Assembly: GCA_002411175.1 (NCBI GenBank) | Contig: DHRN01000039.1 | Span: 1 to 63,297 of the forward strand | Reading direction: 5' to 3' | From: Anaerolineaceae bacterium UBA5311 | GTDB taxonomy: Bacteria; Chloroflexota; Anaerolineae; Anaerolineales; Anaerolineaceae | DNA: 63,297 nt | Shown here: positions 36,144 through 45,923 of the stretch, piece after piece | Layout: each line of letters opens with the position of its first letter | Position numbering within the stretch: the stretch's first letter is position 1 | The notes under the pieces: model-generated | Seen by the model: only the letters and a program-made list of their open reading frames with translations | What the model was told of the DNA's origin: nothing | The model's database searches: none | Made by a program: the position numbers and the translations under genes

Positions 36144-37082
36144 TTAACAAATCTTCCAGCGTAATGGTTTCTCTTCGAGGACGTTAACAACTTCAGAGGC
36201 GATATCTTCAGCCGCGCGCAGTTGTGCCTCGATCGTCTGACCTCCGATATGGGGGGTGGCGATAACCCTGGCGTTTTTGACCAGCTCCCATTCCAATGGG
36301 GGTTCCTTTTCGTAAACATCCAGGGCGGCTCCAGCAACTTTGCCAGACTCAATCGCTCGCAAAAGAGCGGCGTGGTCAATGACGCCACCGCGGGAGGCGT
36401 CCACAATATAGACACCCTCTTTCATTTTGGCGAAAGCTTCGTCATTGAGCAGGTGTTTCGATTCGGCATTCAGCGGAAGGTTGAGGCTGATGAAATCTGC
36501 TTTTGCCAGCAGCTCGTCGAGATGGACCTGTTCGAAGCCCTTTTCACGCACAAATTCAGGATCCCATGTGCGTTTATAGACAAGCACTTTCATGCCCATG
36601 CAGGAGCAATATTTGGCGACGAGTTGTCCGATGTTTCCAAAACCGATCATTCCGAGTGTCTTGCCCATCAGTTCGGCGCCCATGAGTTCTTTCTTAGCCC
36701 AGTTTTCCTGCTTCATGGCGGCATCGGCGCGGGGTAGTTCGCGCGAGAGACCAAAAATCATTGCCATAGAAAGTTCGGCGACTGCTTCAGAAGTAGCAAC
36801 AGGGCAATTGACGACGGTAACGCCGTGCTCTTTGGCTGCTTCGAGGTCAATGTTATCCACACCAACTCCAGCCCGACCAACTACTTTGAGGTTTTTGGCA
36901 GCATCGAAAACTTCACGGGTGACTTTTGTGCGACCGCGCACGATCATTCCGTGGTAATCGCCGACTTCTTGCAAAAGTTGAGCTGCGTCGATCCCTTTTC
37001 TGTCAACGGCTTCGCCGACCTGGTTGATCAGGTCCTTTCCAACACTTTCCAAGCCGTCTGTGATGAGTACTTTCCATGCCAT
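36144..37082 (-). CDS. D-isomer-specific 2-hydroxyacid dehydrogenase (short SerA-like, no ACT domain)
   Basis: GFGNIGQ NAD fold and the R...E...H catalytic pattern (ASRGGVID...TPHIGG). 312 aa. Confidence 0.8.
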   Translation of the reverse strand: MAWKVLITDGLESVGKDLINQVGEAVDRKGIDAAQLLQEVGDYHGMIVRGRTKVTREVFDAAKNLKVVGRAGVGVDNIDLEAAKEHGVTVVNCPVATSEAVAELSMAMIFGLSRELPRADAAMKQENWAKKELMGAELMGKTLGMIGFGNIGQLVAKYCSCMGMKVLVYKRTWDPEFVREKGFEQVHLDELLAKADFISLNLPLNAESKHLLNDEAFAKMKEGVYIVDASRGGVIDHAALLRAIESGKVAGAALDVYEKEPPLEWELVKNARVIATPHIGGQTIEAQLRAAEDIASEVVNVLEEKPLRWKIC

Positions 37083-37126
37083 AACTACTTTTCTCCTTTT
37101 TTACTATGGTGATATATCCTATTGTA

Positions 37127-39013
37127 CTATCTTAAACCGCGCACGTCACCCTTTCGGTAGGTGAATCCAATTGAATCGAAGTATTCCAATGCCGCTGTGG
37201 CATACTTACGGGTGGTATTAAACTGGTCCCTCAACTGGGCAAGGCTGACAGAACCATCGCTTTGAATCGTATCATGGACCCAGGTTTGCATTTCAGCAAT
37301 CGCGGTGGGGGTGAAGAGAACCGTGTCGGAAACTGCGACCAATCTTCCGGAAGAAATCAGTCCTTCCAACAAATCAGCGCCGATGGCGAGGTGCACCTGG
37401 TTGATGTCGGGTGGGGTAAAGGGGTTGGCACTGAAATCGGCTAAAATCGGTGCGACAGTTGCCTCCTGGGCAGGGGTGAGCACAACGATGTGACCGGGTG
37501 CCCAGACTAAACTTCCCCGCGCTACCAGCAGACCTTGTTCTGCCAGCCTGGAGAGTGCCAGGTCGAAAATTACCTGGGAAAGACCCAGACTGCTTTTTAA
37601 TTCTTCCCTGGGCATGCCAGCCTTGAATGGGTAGGCTTGATGGAAGTGATTTAGTGCGTTGATTGACTTGTTCGAGAGTTCGTCCCAATAGGCGCGGCTC
37701 ATAAAAGTATTTTTGGCAATATCGTTATCTGGCTGAAGCGAAACTATCTGACTTTCATCAATGAGTTCTTTCAATACTTCAAGCAATTGTCCTTTTGGAA
37801 GGGCAGATTTTGTACCAAGGTTCGAAAAACTGCTCGTTTTCTGACTTTCCAGGATCTGACTGACCAGTTCACTGGCGCTCCCGCTGAGGATTTTGTCCAT
37901 TCTTTCAAGGTTGGAGAGGTTAAAGCGTTTGTACGCAGATTGTGGATGTGGATCGAGGACAACACCTCCTCCGAGCGTTTCGGAAGGGGAGGGCATGCGC
38001 AGGATGAAGCGGTCGCCCCTGGCAGCAACGATGGGATTATCCGCGCGTAACTGGATGTAGGCTGTATCGCCGGGGTCCAGCCGGTGAGTGCCAAGCAGGC
38101 GCAGCGTCGCGGTTGTTTCGGTTGATCCAATGAACATCTTGACCTGCATATTGTGTTTGACAGCAAACATGCTGTCGCGAAGAAGCCGAAAATGCGCATC
38201 CAGGAATTGGGTTGGTTTGTAATCACGCGGGTGGGCGATCACATCCCCACGGGTAATATCCCGGTAATTCAGGTTAACGATATTTACAGCAGTTCGGTAA
38301 CCCGGGTCGATTTTCTGCACTTTATGGTGGTGGTTCTGCAGCCCGCGGATACGCCCGGTTTTGCCACCGGGCAGACAAACCACCTCTTCGCCCAATGCGA
38401 AACTGCCGTCGAGCAAGGTGCCGGTTACAATCGTGCCGAAACCTGTCAGAGTAAACACCCTGTCGACCGGTAGCCGCGGTTTACCCAGGTTTTTTCGTTC
38501 AGGAAGCCCAACCAGGGCATCCTGGAGTGCCAGCAGAAGCTCCGGGACACCATCGCCAGTTTTAGCTGATAGCGGCACAATTGGCGCGTCTGCCAATGAA
38601 GTGCGGCTGAGCAGTTCCTGGACATCCATCTCCACCAGCTCCAGCCATTCACGGTCATCAACCAGGTCGGTCTTTGTTAAAACGATAACTCCACGATTAA
38701 TTTCCAGCAGGTCGAGGATCGAGAGATGTTCCCTGGTTTGCGCGGAAACGCCTTCGTCTGCGGCAACCACCAGCAGGACGGCATCGATCCCTCCGATGCC
38801 GGCAAGCATGTTCCCAATAAAGTCACGATGACCGGGCACATCGATGATTCCAACCTCTTCGCCGTTGGGCAGGCTCAAAGAGGCAAACCCCAACTCTATG
38901 GTCATTTCACGGACTTTCTCTTCCTTGAGACGATCGGGGTGCGTGCCGGTCAACGCGGCGATCAGGGTTGACTTCCCATGATCGACATGACCTGCGGTTC
39001 CGATAATATGCAT
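37127..39013 (-). CDS. selB: Selenocysteine-specific translation elongation factor
   Basis: GHVDHGKSTLI, DVPGH, TKTD GTPase motifs, then beta-barrel domains and a long C-terminal winged-helix region. 628 aa. Confidence 0.85.
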   Translation of the reverse strand: MHIIGTAGHVDHGKSTLIAALTGTHPDRLKEEKVREMTIELGFASLSLPNGEEVGIIDVPGHRDFIGNMLAGIGGIDAVLLVVAADEGVSAQTREHLSILDLLEINRGVIVLTKTDLVDDREWLELVEMDVQELLSRTSLADAPIVPLSAKTGDGVPELLLALQDALVGLPERKNLGKPRLPVDRVFTLTGFGTIVTGTLLDGSFALGEEVVCLPGGKTGRIRGLQNHHHKVQKIDPGYRTAVNIVNLNYRDITRGDVIAHPRDYKPTQFLDAHFRLLRDSMFAVKHNMQVKMFIGSTETTATLRLLGTHRLDPGDTAYIQLRADNPIVAARGDRFILRMPSPSETLGGGVVLDPHPQSAYKRFNLSNLERMDKILSGSASELVSQILESQKTSSFSNLGTKSALPKGQLLEVLKELIDESQIVSLQPDNDIAKNTFMSRAYWDELSNKSINALNHFHQAYPFKAGMPREELKSSLGLSQVIFDLALSRLAEQGLLVARGSLVWAPGHIVVLTPAQEATVAPILADFSANPFTPPDINQVHLAIGADLLEGLISSGRLVAVSDTVLFTPTAIAEMQTWVHDTIQSDGSVSLAQLRDQFNTTRKYATAALEYFDSIGFTYRKGDVRGLR

Positions 39014-39015
39014 GT

Positions 39016-40209
39016 TTAGCTTTTGTTATTATCGACTAACGGGGCGATGTTCTGGATGGATTCCTGGTACGCCACCAAAACAGTCTGGATGTGTCTGACA
39101 GTCTCACGGCTCAGCGCATCCAGCTCATCACGCAGCATGGCAGTCAGATCGTCGATCTCTTGCAGTTGGCGTGTGAAGCCGGCATATTGCTGCGTGGTTT
39201 CACGGGTTTCTTCTTCCTGGGCAAGCATGTAGTTTGTCCAGCGCTTGATGTCGTCAGACTTGAAACTGGTCCACTCCTGGCGATAGCGATCGTCGTTGAG
39301 TCTTTGCAGCTCCGTAATCTCATTGATACGACGTTCAAAACGCTGGGTAACTTCTTCAGCACTTTGGATGGCTTTGGTGGCGGAGAGACGAATGTTCTCA
39401 AGGGTCTCAATTTGAGCGCCAAGGTTGGCGTTGAACTGATCAATTTCCGCGAAACGCTTCTCCCAGTTGGCGAAAACCTTATCCTTATCCACCAGGGAGT
39501 TGTTTACACGTTCGATGAATTGTGATTGGTTTTCACGCCGGTCTTTTTCATTGTTCTGTAGCTCGGCAATGCGGGTATCGAGGGTACGGAAACTGTCCGA
39601 AAAACTGTCAAAACGTCCCCGGGTTTCTTCCAGCCGTTTGCGCACGGAGGCAACCTCGCCCTGCAAATCGGTAAGGCGTTTGGCTTCCTGCCGGCGACCT
39701 TCTTCGAGAAGATGCAGAGAGCGTCGGTAATCCTCATCGTAACGACTGACATCCTGAATCCTGGCTTTTAATTCTTCATTCAATCGCGCCAGCCTGGTAT
39801 CTTCAACCTTAAGGGCACTGATATCCGCCCGGATGGGGTCAAACATTTCGGTTAGTGGATACAGTTCGGCTATGGTCTTTTTTGTTGAATCAATTTCTAT
39901 TTTTGTGCGTTTTTGCGATTCGTTGAGGTTACTTTCTGCGCGTTCATTTGCCTCGCGAATTTGCTTGCTCAAATCTATATTAAGCCTGTCAATACGGTTT
40001 TCATATTTATCCATGCTGCTAATCTGGGTGGTATTGCGGTTGATTAGCACCTCGAGTTCCTTAATCTGTTTACGCAAGTTCAAGTTTTCCCCTTCGAGGA
40101 TGGTCAAACGGTTTTGCAGAGAGGCGAGGTTGGTTTTATCGTTGCGGCGTTCGTTATCGAGCCATTCAACGCGTTTTTCCAATTGTTCGATTCCGGAATA
40201 TTCGTCCAT
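39016..40209 (-). CDS. Soluble coiled-coil protein of unknown function
   Basis: 397 aa, highly charged heptad-like sequence throughout (LEKRVEWLDNERRNDKTNLASLQNRL...). The stop is 2 nt from the selB start. Confidence 0.6.
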   Translation of the reverse strand: MDEYSGIEQLEKRVEWLDNERRNDKTNLASLQNRLTILEGENLNLRKQIKELEVLINRNTTQISSMDKYENRIDRLNIDLSKQIREANERAESNLNESQKRTKIEIDSTKKTIAELYPLTEMFDPIRADISALKVEDTRLARLNEELKARIQDVSRYDEDYRRSLHLLEEGRRQEAKRLTDLQGEVASVRKRLEETRGRFDSFSDSFRTLDTRIAELQNNEKDRRENQSQFIERVNNSLVDKDKVFANWEKRFAEIDQFNANLGAQIETLENIRLSATKAIQSAEEVTQRFERRINEITELQRLNDDRYRQEWTSFKSDDIKRWTNYMLAQEEETRETTQQYAGFTRQLQEIDDLTAMLRDELDALSRETVRHIQTVLVAYQESIQNIAPLVDNNKS

Positions 40210-40275
40210 AATGTTCCTGTCTTTGTAAATATGATGATGTGATTATACCTAGTTTCAAAAACAGGTAAATGATTA

Positions 40276-41697
40276 TTAGGTCAGATTCTCAAAAGAAATT
40301 AATAATTCTTGCACTGGTCTGGATAGAACGTTGGGAAAAAGACCTGGCAGGATGATAACCATAAGGATGACCACGACCATGATAATCAAGCCTATCTCTT
40401 CGACATTCGATTCTTCGGATCCAGTTTGATGGTTTTGATTCCCTGGGTTAATCATTGTGCTAAACAGTCGCAAGAACATGGTCAGCATTCCCAAAACACC
40501 AACAGCGGATAGTAAGCTGAGCGGAAGGTTATCAGTGGATATAAGCTTCCAAACGATGTGTTTGGTGGGATAGAGAGAGAACAAAGGCATTCCGATCAGG
40601 TTGAGAATACTTGCCAGCAAGAGGACACTCGCAAAGGGATAACGCCTGATGATGCCTTTGAGAACCTCGAAAGTCAGCGTCTCCGAACGGGTGATTCTTT
40701 GCATCGAAGCAAGGGATACAGCTAAAGCCCAATGGGCTAAAATGCGCGGGAAAAGAGTCATTGTCAGCACTTCGAGCCCCCCTGAACCGCGAAACGCCAT
40801 TGAAAAAGCGAGATAACCTGTCTCCGCAAGGAAAAAATAACCCAGCATTCGGTTCAAATTCGATTGAAACGCGGCAATAACCCCTGCCGAGAGAATACAC
40901 AAAGCGCCGATCCACTTCAGGAACGTATCGAGTTCCGGAAGATTACGCAGCCAGCCATATTGATTGAGAAATTTCAGGAAAAACAGGGCAAGCCCAACCT
41001 GCATCAATACCAGCAGAAAACTGATTGTCCATGGATGGCTTTCTTCAGCCAGCATCGGCAACCAGCTATGCAGGGGGAAAATTCCCACCCAGAGAATAAA
41101 ACCAATTAATACCAGTATCGCCCCGCGTAAAACGAGGGCTTGTGCTGATGGTGATGTTTCAATACCCGTGACCATCCAACCGCTAACCAGGATCAGTGGG
41201 AGCGCCAGGGTTTGCATGCTGAGGAAGCGGATGATCCCGTTTTTGGCTGGTGTACCCCGCGGTGAGAGTAACGGGACGCTGGTTAGAGCGATTAACTCGA
41301 TCACTACAGCCGAATAGATGAACGGATTTATAAATTGAACCGATACCCATAACGCCGTGATCAGCAGCGAGAGGCTGTTGAACCATTGGCTGACTATAAA
41401 CAACCTGCTGAATGCGTTCCAGGCAAAACAGACCAGGTAAAGCACGCTGACCATGCCCAGTTGACCGGCGGTGATCTGGATTGTCCGCCCAAAAAGCACA
41501 AGGCTGTCTTCCAGGAAAAATTGCCTGCCGGCGATACTCAAAACGAGATCGTTGGAGAATAAAACAGCCAATCCTGCCAGAATCAGGGGGATTATGGTGG
41601 CAAGAACTGCTGTGATTTTCTGGTACTTTTGGAGTGAAACCAGGAGAAAACTCAAGGCAATCGGTAACCCGATCCAAATAACTACAGTGTTGCTCAT
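40276..41697 (-). CDS. Antiporter-like membrane protein (NuoN/MnhD/HyfF family, degenerate)
   Basis: 473 aa, about 14 TM. GIFPLHSWLPMLAEESHP matches the PF00361 core (PFH.WLP....E.P). The start overlaps the upstream stop (ATGA). Confidence 0.65.
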   Translation of the reverse strand: MSNTVVIWIGLPIALSFLLVSLQKYQKITAVLATIIPLILAGLAVLFSNDLVLSIAGRQFFLEDSLVLFGRTIQITAGQLGMVSVLYLVCFAWNAFSRLFIVSQWFNSLSLLITALWVSVQFINPFIYSAVVIELIALTSVPLLSPRGTPAKNGIIRFLSMQTLALPLILVSGWMVTGIETSPSAQALVLRGAILVLIGFILWVGIFPLHSWLPMLAEESHPWTISFLLVLMQVGLALFFLKFLNQYGWLRNLPELDTFLKWIGALCILSAGVIAAFQSNLNRMLGYFFLAETGYLAFSMAFRGSGGLEVLTMTLFPRILAHWALAVSLASMQRITRSETLTFEVLKGIIRRYPFASVLLLASILNLIGMPLFSLYPTKHIVWKLISTDNLPLSLLSAVGVLGMLTMFLRLFSTMINPGNQNHQTGSEESNVEEIGLIIMVVVILMVIILPGLFPNVLSRPVQELLISFENLT

Positions 41698-42293
41698 GTC
41701 GTTTCACTTTCTGCATTTTTCACGATGAAAAACGCGCCGACAATCGCCAGGAGCAGGTTGACTGTTACCAACAATGCTTCGAGCAGGTATGAATAATCGA
41801 GGGCGTAGTATAAAAGCTGAAAACCGGAAAGAAACGTGAGGATCCCTATCGCGATGTAAAAAGGTTCACTAATCGTGCCAAGTTGAAGCAGACCGATCAG
41901 AATCAAACCCATACTGGCAAAGAGATGATCACTGGGCACCAATGGGAAGACCTCCCGCTGGAGACCTGGCAAAAAGGACTGCAGCATCACTAATAACAAT
42001 AAACCCGCCAGTGCACGGAAAATCTCTCCGCTTGTGGGCTTGATGTTTAGTTTCACCTTTTCGATTCCACCGACACTTACCAGCGTCAGATAGAGAATGA
42101 GTGTAACCATAAGACCGGTAAATGGTTGAATCAGGGCGAGTTCCATGGGCAAAACAGATCTGACAAGCGGGAAAAGGAAGAGATATTGTACCGTCAGCGC
42201 AACCAGGTTGATGGTCCATTGCCTTCGGGTCAGGTTTACCAAAGCTGCCAACAGCACCAGGTAGATGGGTATCTGGGTCAGGATCTCGCTCAT
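41694..42293 (-). CDS. Polytopic membrane protein, HyfE/NuoK-like size and topology
   Basis: ATG 42293 overlaps the upstream stop (TGATG), giving about 199 aa and 6-7 TM. The ORF maximum extends to 42353. The family assignment is tentative. Confidence 0.5.
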   Translation of the reverse strand: MSEILTQIPIYLVLLAALVNLTRRQWTINLVALTVQYLFLFPLVRSVLPMELALIQPFTGLMVTLILYLTLVSVGGIEKVKLNIKPTSGEIFRALAGLLLLVMLQSFLPGLQREVFPLVPSDHLFASMGLILIGLLQLGTISEPFYIAIGILTFLSGFQLLYYALDYSYLLEALLVTVNLLLAIVGAFFIVKNAESETT

Positions 42294-43903
42294 CAGGGAC
42301 TCCCCACTGAGAGGAAGATAATAGCCACGATGACCATGAAGACCAATGACCACAATACGCCGCCATCGCCTTCGAGAATTTGGTGGATAAAATCACCAAT
42401 ATTACCAAGCCAGCGAAAAAAACGTTCGAGCAGCGCCCAAAGCCAGGCAAAGCTCATTATCTTCCGGAGGAAATTTATCAGGAGAATGACCAATCGGTAA
42501 AAAGGCAGTTTCTCGATCAGGCTGGCTTCGGGCATCTGCCAATTCAAACGCCAGGAGATCAGAACTTCTGCAACTACAATAGCCAGACTGCCAAGACTGC
42601 CCCACAGGTTGCCAACCGTGATCACTCCAGGCCAACCGACCCAATTTAGCAGCAGGAGGGTTTGAATCAGAACCACAAGCCTTAAAGGGAAAGTGATCCT
42701 GGCAAATTTCTCCAACCCGGTGACTGAGCTATCCGATTTCATGATAAAACGAACATAACCAGTAACGAGCAATGCATGCGTCAGGATCATTACCAGCCAG
42801 GTAAAGTTGAATTGGTCTGGCAGCAAACCTTCCCATCCCGACGCCGCCAGGGTGTAAGGCAGACCGATGAACCCGAGCAGCCCGAGCATCGGGAGGAAGC
42901 GAATCCGCCGGATGGGAGGGTTGAAGAGGAAAAGCAGGCTGCCTGACAGCAATAATGCCAGCCCCCAGACACGGCTTGCCTCCGGATAACCGTTTAACGC
43001 GCTTTGAATAGCGAAAGAGGAAAGCGCGACCACCCAATATGGTTGTGCCTCATAGGTATCGGGGCGGGTAACCCACATGACGGCAGAATATAACGCCGCG
43101 ACCAGGGTCAGCACCTGAACTGCCCCTGCCAGGTTGGTATTAAACAAAATGAACTCTTCGGGGAGGTTGGCGATCAAAACCAGGGCGGAGGCAGCTGGCA
43201 TCAGGCGGAATAAAATCCCTGCTCCCCGTTTTAATTCGGGTGAGTCCAGAAAGGGCAGGTTGATTGGAAACACGCCAAGGCGTAGTCCTGCTGCTATCAG
43301 GGAGTAGATGCTCGAATTTGTTGCCTGGATATAACCAACCTGTCCGGCATCGCTCGCCCAACTATTTGAGGCTGCGATAATTAGCAGGAATGTGCTCAGG
43401 ATGCGGATTCCAAAAGCAGAGGTGATCTTTGAACCTAACTTCGATGCTCTTGAGAGCCTCAACAAGGAGGCAACCTCGACCAGGTCAATTGCCATCCAGG
43501 AAATTGCCATCGTGATTGGGTTGGATGCAAGGATAGCGACCATGTTTAATGCAGTAACGGAAAGCACACGCATCCATGAAGAATGTGAAGTTGTCTCATC
43601 AGCCTGGGTGGTATCAGTGAGCAGCACTGCCACAGACATGCTTAAAACCGCAACGATATAAGGCCAGTTGCGATAGCCAATGCTCAGACCAAGAGTCACT
43701 TCGAATGAAGAACCAATGTGCCAGGTAGTCAAATTTATCTCGGATGGGAGATAAAGGCGCAGCACGAAGGACGCGACCAGGGCAAGACTGGCAGCAGTGA
43801 TGGCGATCACCCATGAGCGTGCCGAGCTTGGTTTCCTGGAGTGCGTGACCAGGATAAGCAAAGTTCCCAGCAATAACACCCCGAAAATGGCGAAAATCAG
43901 CAT
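42293..43903 (-). CDS. Antiporter-like membrane protein (NuoL/MnhA/HyfB-like, highly degenerate)
   Basis: 536 aa, polytopic. Relic motifs ILASNPITMAISWMAIDLV and GLRLGVFPINLPFLD. Confidence 0.5.
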   Translation of the reverse strand: MLIFAIFGVLLLGTLLILVTHSRKPSSARSWVIAITAASLALVASFVLRLYLPSEINLTTWHIGSSFEVTLGLSIGYRNWPYIVAVLSMSVAVLLTDTTQADETTSHSSWMRVLSVTALNMVAILASNPITMAISWMAIDLVEVASLLRLSRASKLGSKITSAFGIRILSTFLLIIAASNSWASDAGQVGYIQATNSSIYSLIAAGLRLGVFPINLPFLDSPELKRGAGILFRLMPAASALVLIANLPEEFILFNTNLAGAVQVLTLVAALYSAVMWVTRPDTYEAQPYWVVALSSFAIQSALNGYPEASRVWGLALLLSGSLLFLFNPPIRRIRFLPMLGLLGFIGLPYTLAASGWEGLLPDQFNFTWLVMILTHALLVTGYVRFIMKSDSSVTGLEKFARITFPLRLVVLIQTLLLLNWVGWPGVITVGNLWGSLGSLAIVVAEVLISWRLNWQMPEASLIEKLPFYRLVILLINFLRKIMSFAWLWALLERFFRWLGNIGDFIHQILEGDGGVLWSLVFMVIVAIIFLSVGSP

Positions 43904-43918
43904 GGTATTAGCCCTGAC

Positions 43919-45334
43919 TCAGAGCGCTTCCCCGCTTTGTCTATGAATGAAACGTCCCTGACCTGGTTTGCCTCTCCAATTACCCTCTTCAACCAAAGCC
44001 TCACCGCGTTGCATTACAACCCTTGGATAGCCTTTCAACTTCCAACCTTCGTAGAGGTTGTAATCTGTGCGGTGTTTCGCCACATTCACGCCATAATTGA
44101 CACTCTTTTTTGGATCCCAGATAACGATATCGGCATCAGAACCTGGCTCAAGGCAGCCTTTTTTAGGGTACAGACCGAAGATTTTGGCGGCATTTGTGGA
44201 GGTGAGTGCGACAAAACGCTCGGGCGTGATGCGCCCGGTGGCGACTGCCTGGGTCCAGAAGATGGGCATCCGGTCTCCGAGCCCGGGAAGTCCGTTGGGG
44301 ATTTTGGAAAAGTCGCTCTTACCCAGTTCTTTCCCGGGGATGGCGACCATTTCGCCTTCATATTCTATTGGCTTTTGTCCGTTGTAGAAGAAAGGACAGT
44401 GATCGGTTGCCAGCACCTGGATGGTGCCATCCTCGATTCCTTGCCAGAGGCGTGCGTTGTCCTCTTCCGAGCGCATTGGCGGTGAACAAATCCATTTAGC
44501 GCCATCAGGTCTTTGTAGTTCCTTTTCGGTAAAAAACAAGTATTGGGGACAAGTCTCACCCATGGCATGCAGCTCTTTTGAGCGGGCGTAAGCCAGTTGG
44601 TCAACCTCTCCAGCCATGTTCATATGCACGAGATACACAGGAGCCTGTGCCTGGGCTCCCAGGGCAAAGGCGCGCAGGCTGGCTTCGACGGCTCCCCATC
44701 CGGGTCGAGTGAGCGCGTGCCAGATTGGTTCTGCGTGATTGGATTGAAGGGCTTCGCTGACAAGGATATCGATGACATCGCCGTTTTCAGCGTGGACCAT
44801 GGTGAGAAGCTTGTTTGCGCCAGCAATGCGCATAGCCTTAAAAACATCACCGTCATTGATGCGCAGACGGTCGTTGTAGGCGGTGAACACTTTGATCGAG
44901 GTGATGCCGTGCTTCGGGAGGGTTGTTATCTCCCGGGCTACTTTTTCATTAAAATGGGTGATATTCATGTGGGAACTGTAGTCAATACAGGTTTTTGGGT
45001 CTGCGTTTTGACGGTGGAGGCGGATACTTTCAGCCAGCCCGGCTTCATGCTGCGACACAAAGTCGATCACGGTCGTAGTGCCCCCGAAGGCAGCCGCTTT
45101 ACCGCCGGAGTAATGATCGTCCGACGAAATGGTGCCTGCCATGGGCAGGTCGAGGTGCACATGGGGGTCAATTCCAGCGGGCATAACGAACAATCCATGG
45201 GCATCATAAACCCGGGCAGAATCGACGCTGAGTTTTTCTGCCACATCCACGATGATTTCGTCCTTAATGAGGACATCCGCTTTAAAACTCTTTTCAGCCG
45301 TCACAACCGTGCCGTTTACTATAAGGGTGTACAT
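43919..45334 (-). CDS. Dihydropyrimidinase / D-hydantoinase
   Basis: GIDPHVHLD metal site and cyclic-amidohydrolase length (471 aa), ...ATDHCPF... Confidence 0.85.
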   Translation of the reverse strand: MYTLIVNGTVVTAEKSFKADVLIKDEIIVDVAEKLSVDSARVYDAHGLFVMPAGIDPHVHLDLPMAGTISSDDHYSGGKAAAFGGTTTVIDFVSQHEAGLAESIRLHRQNADPKTCIDYSSHMNITHFNEKVAREITTLPKHGITSIKVFTAYNDRLRINDGDVFKAMRIAGANKLLTMVHAENGDVIDILVSEALQSNHAEPIWHALTRPGWGAVEASLRAFALGAQAQAPVYLVHMNMAGEVDQLAYARSKELHAMGETCPQYLFFTEKELQRPDGAKWICSPPMRSEEDNARLWQGIEDGTIQVLATDHCPFFYNGQKPIEYEGEMVAIPGKELGKSDFSKIPNGLPGLGDRMPIFWTQAVATGRITPERFVALTSTNAAKIFGLYPKKGCLEPGSDADIVIWDPKKSVNYGVNVAKHRTDYNLYEGWKLKGYPRVVMQRGEALVEEGNWRGKPGQGRFIHRQSGEAL

Positions 45335-45350
45335 ACTGCCTTCTTTCTGG

Positions 45351-45914
45351 TTATAAACCGTTGGTCAGACCACTCAACAGAGCCAGGATAGCCGGATCGA
45401 TCATTTCTTCGGGGAGCTGTTCGGCTCGATACTCTTCACTTTTGAGCGCGCGCTCCCGCAGCGCTTGCCAGAGGACGGGTCTTTCCTCATCATGGACGGG
45501 CAAGTCATTGATTGTTTCAGCGAGTTTTACCCGCTCGCCCGTTGTGTAGAAGAAGGTGATCCGCTTCCAGTCTTTGGCTGGAATCGGGTGGGGTAGTTCG
45601 ATCAGCTGTCCGAGCTGTAGTTTGAAATATTCTTCCCGCGCCCGGGGATGGTCTTTCTGATCCTGGAGGATCTCCGCCCGCGTGGTCAACTCGTGTCCCC
45701 TGATCGGCGCCAACCAGCGGATAAGCATCCGATCCCCTCCTGGAAAAGCGGAAGGTTGGTAAAAAGCGACATGGTCAACGGCAATGACCTTGGGAGCGGT
45801 TTTTAACGGAATCCGATACCAGCCCAGCAGACGGGCAATATCAAGATCGCGTGGTGAAGGAATCAACGCCACCATCACCAGGCTGGTATCAGGAAGGTTA
45901 ACAGATTGATTCAA
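45351..45914 (-). CDS. Hypothetical protein (no family recognised)
   Basis: 187-aa ORF, tightly spaced between the PLP enzyme and the hydantoinase. Contains LGWYRIPLKTAPK...VAFYQPSAF. Confidence 0.5.
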   Translation of the reverse strand: MNQSVNLPDTSLVMVALIPSPRDLDIARLLGWYRIPLKTAPKVIAVDHVAFYQPSAFPGGDRMLIRWLAPIRGHELTTRAEILQDQKDHPRAREEYFKLQLGQLIELPHPIPAKDWKRITFFYTTGERVKLAETINDLPVHDEERPVLWQALRERALKSEEYRAEQLPEEMIDPAILALLSGLTNGL

Positions 45915-45923
45915 AAGGCTCCT

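Noticed and set aside
43901-43921. Selenocysteine read-through of the hydantoinase TGA stop into the in-frame membrane-protein gene, given the nearby selB
   Set aside because: A same-frame TGA is expected by chance about 1 time in 9. The 15-nt linker has no SECIS-like hairpin that I can see, and a fusion of a soluble amidohydrolase to a polytopic protein is implausible.
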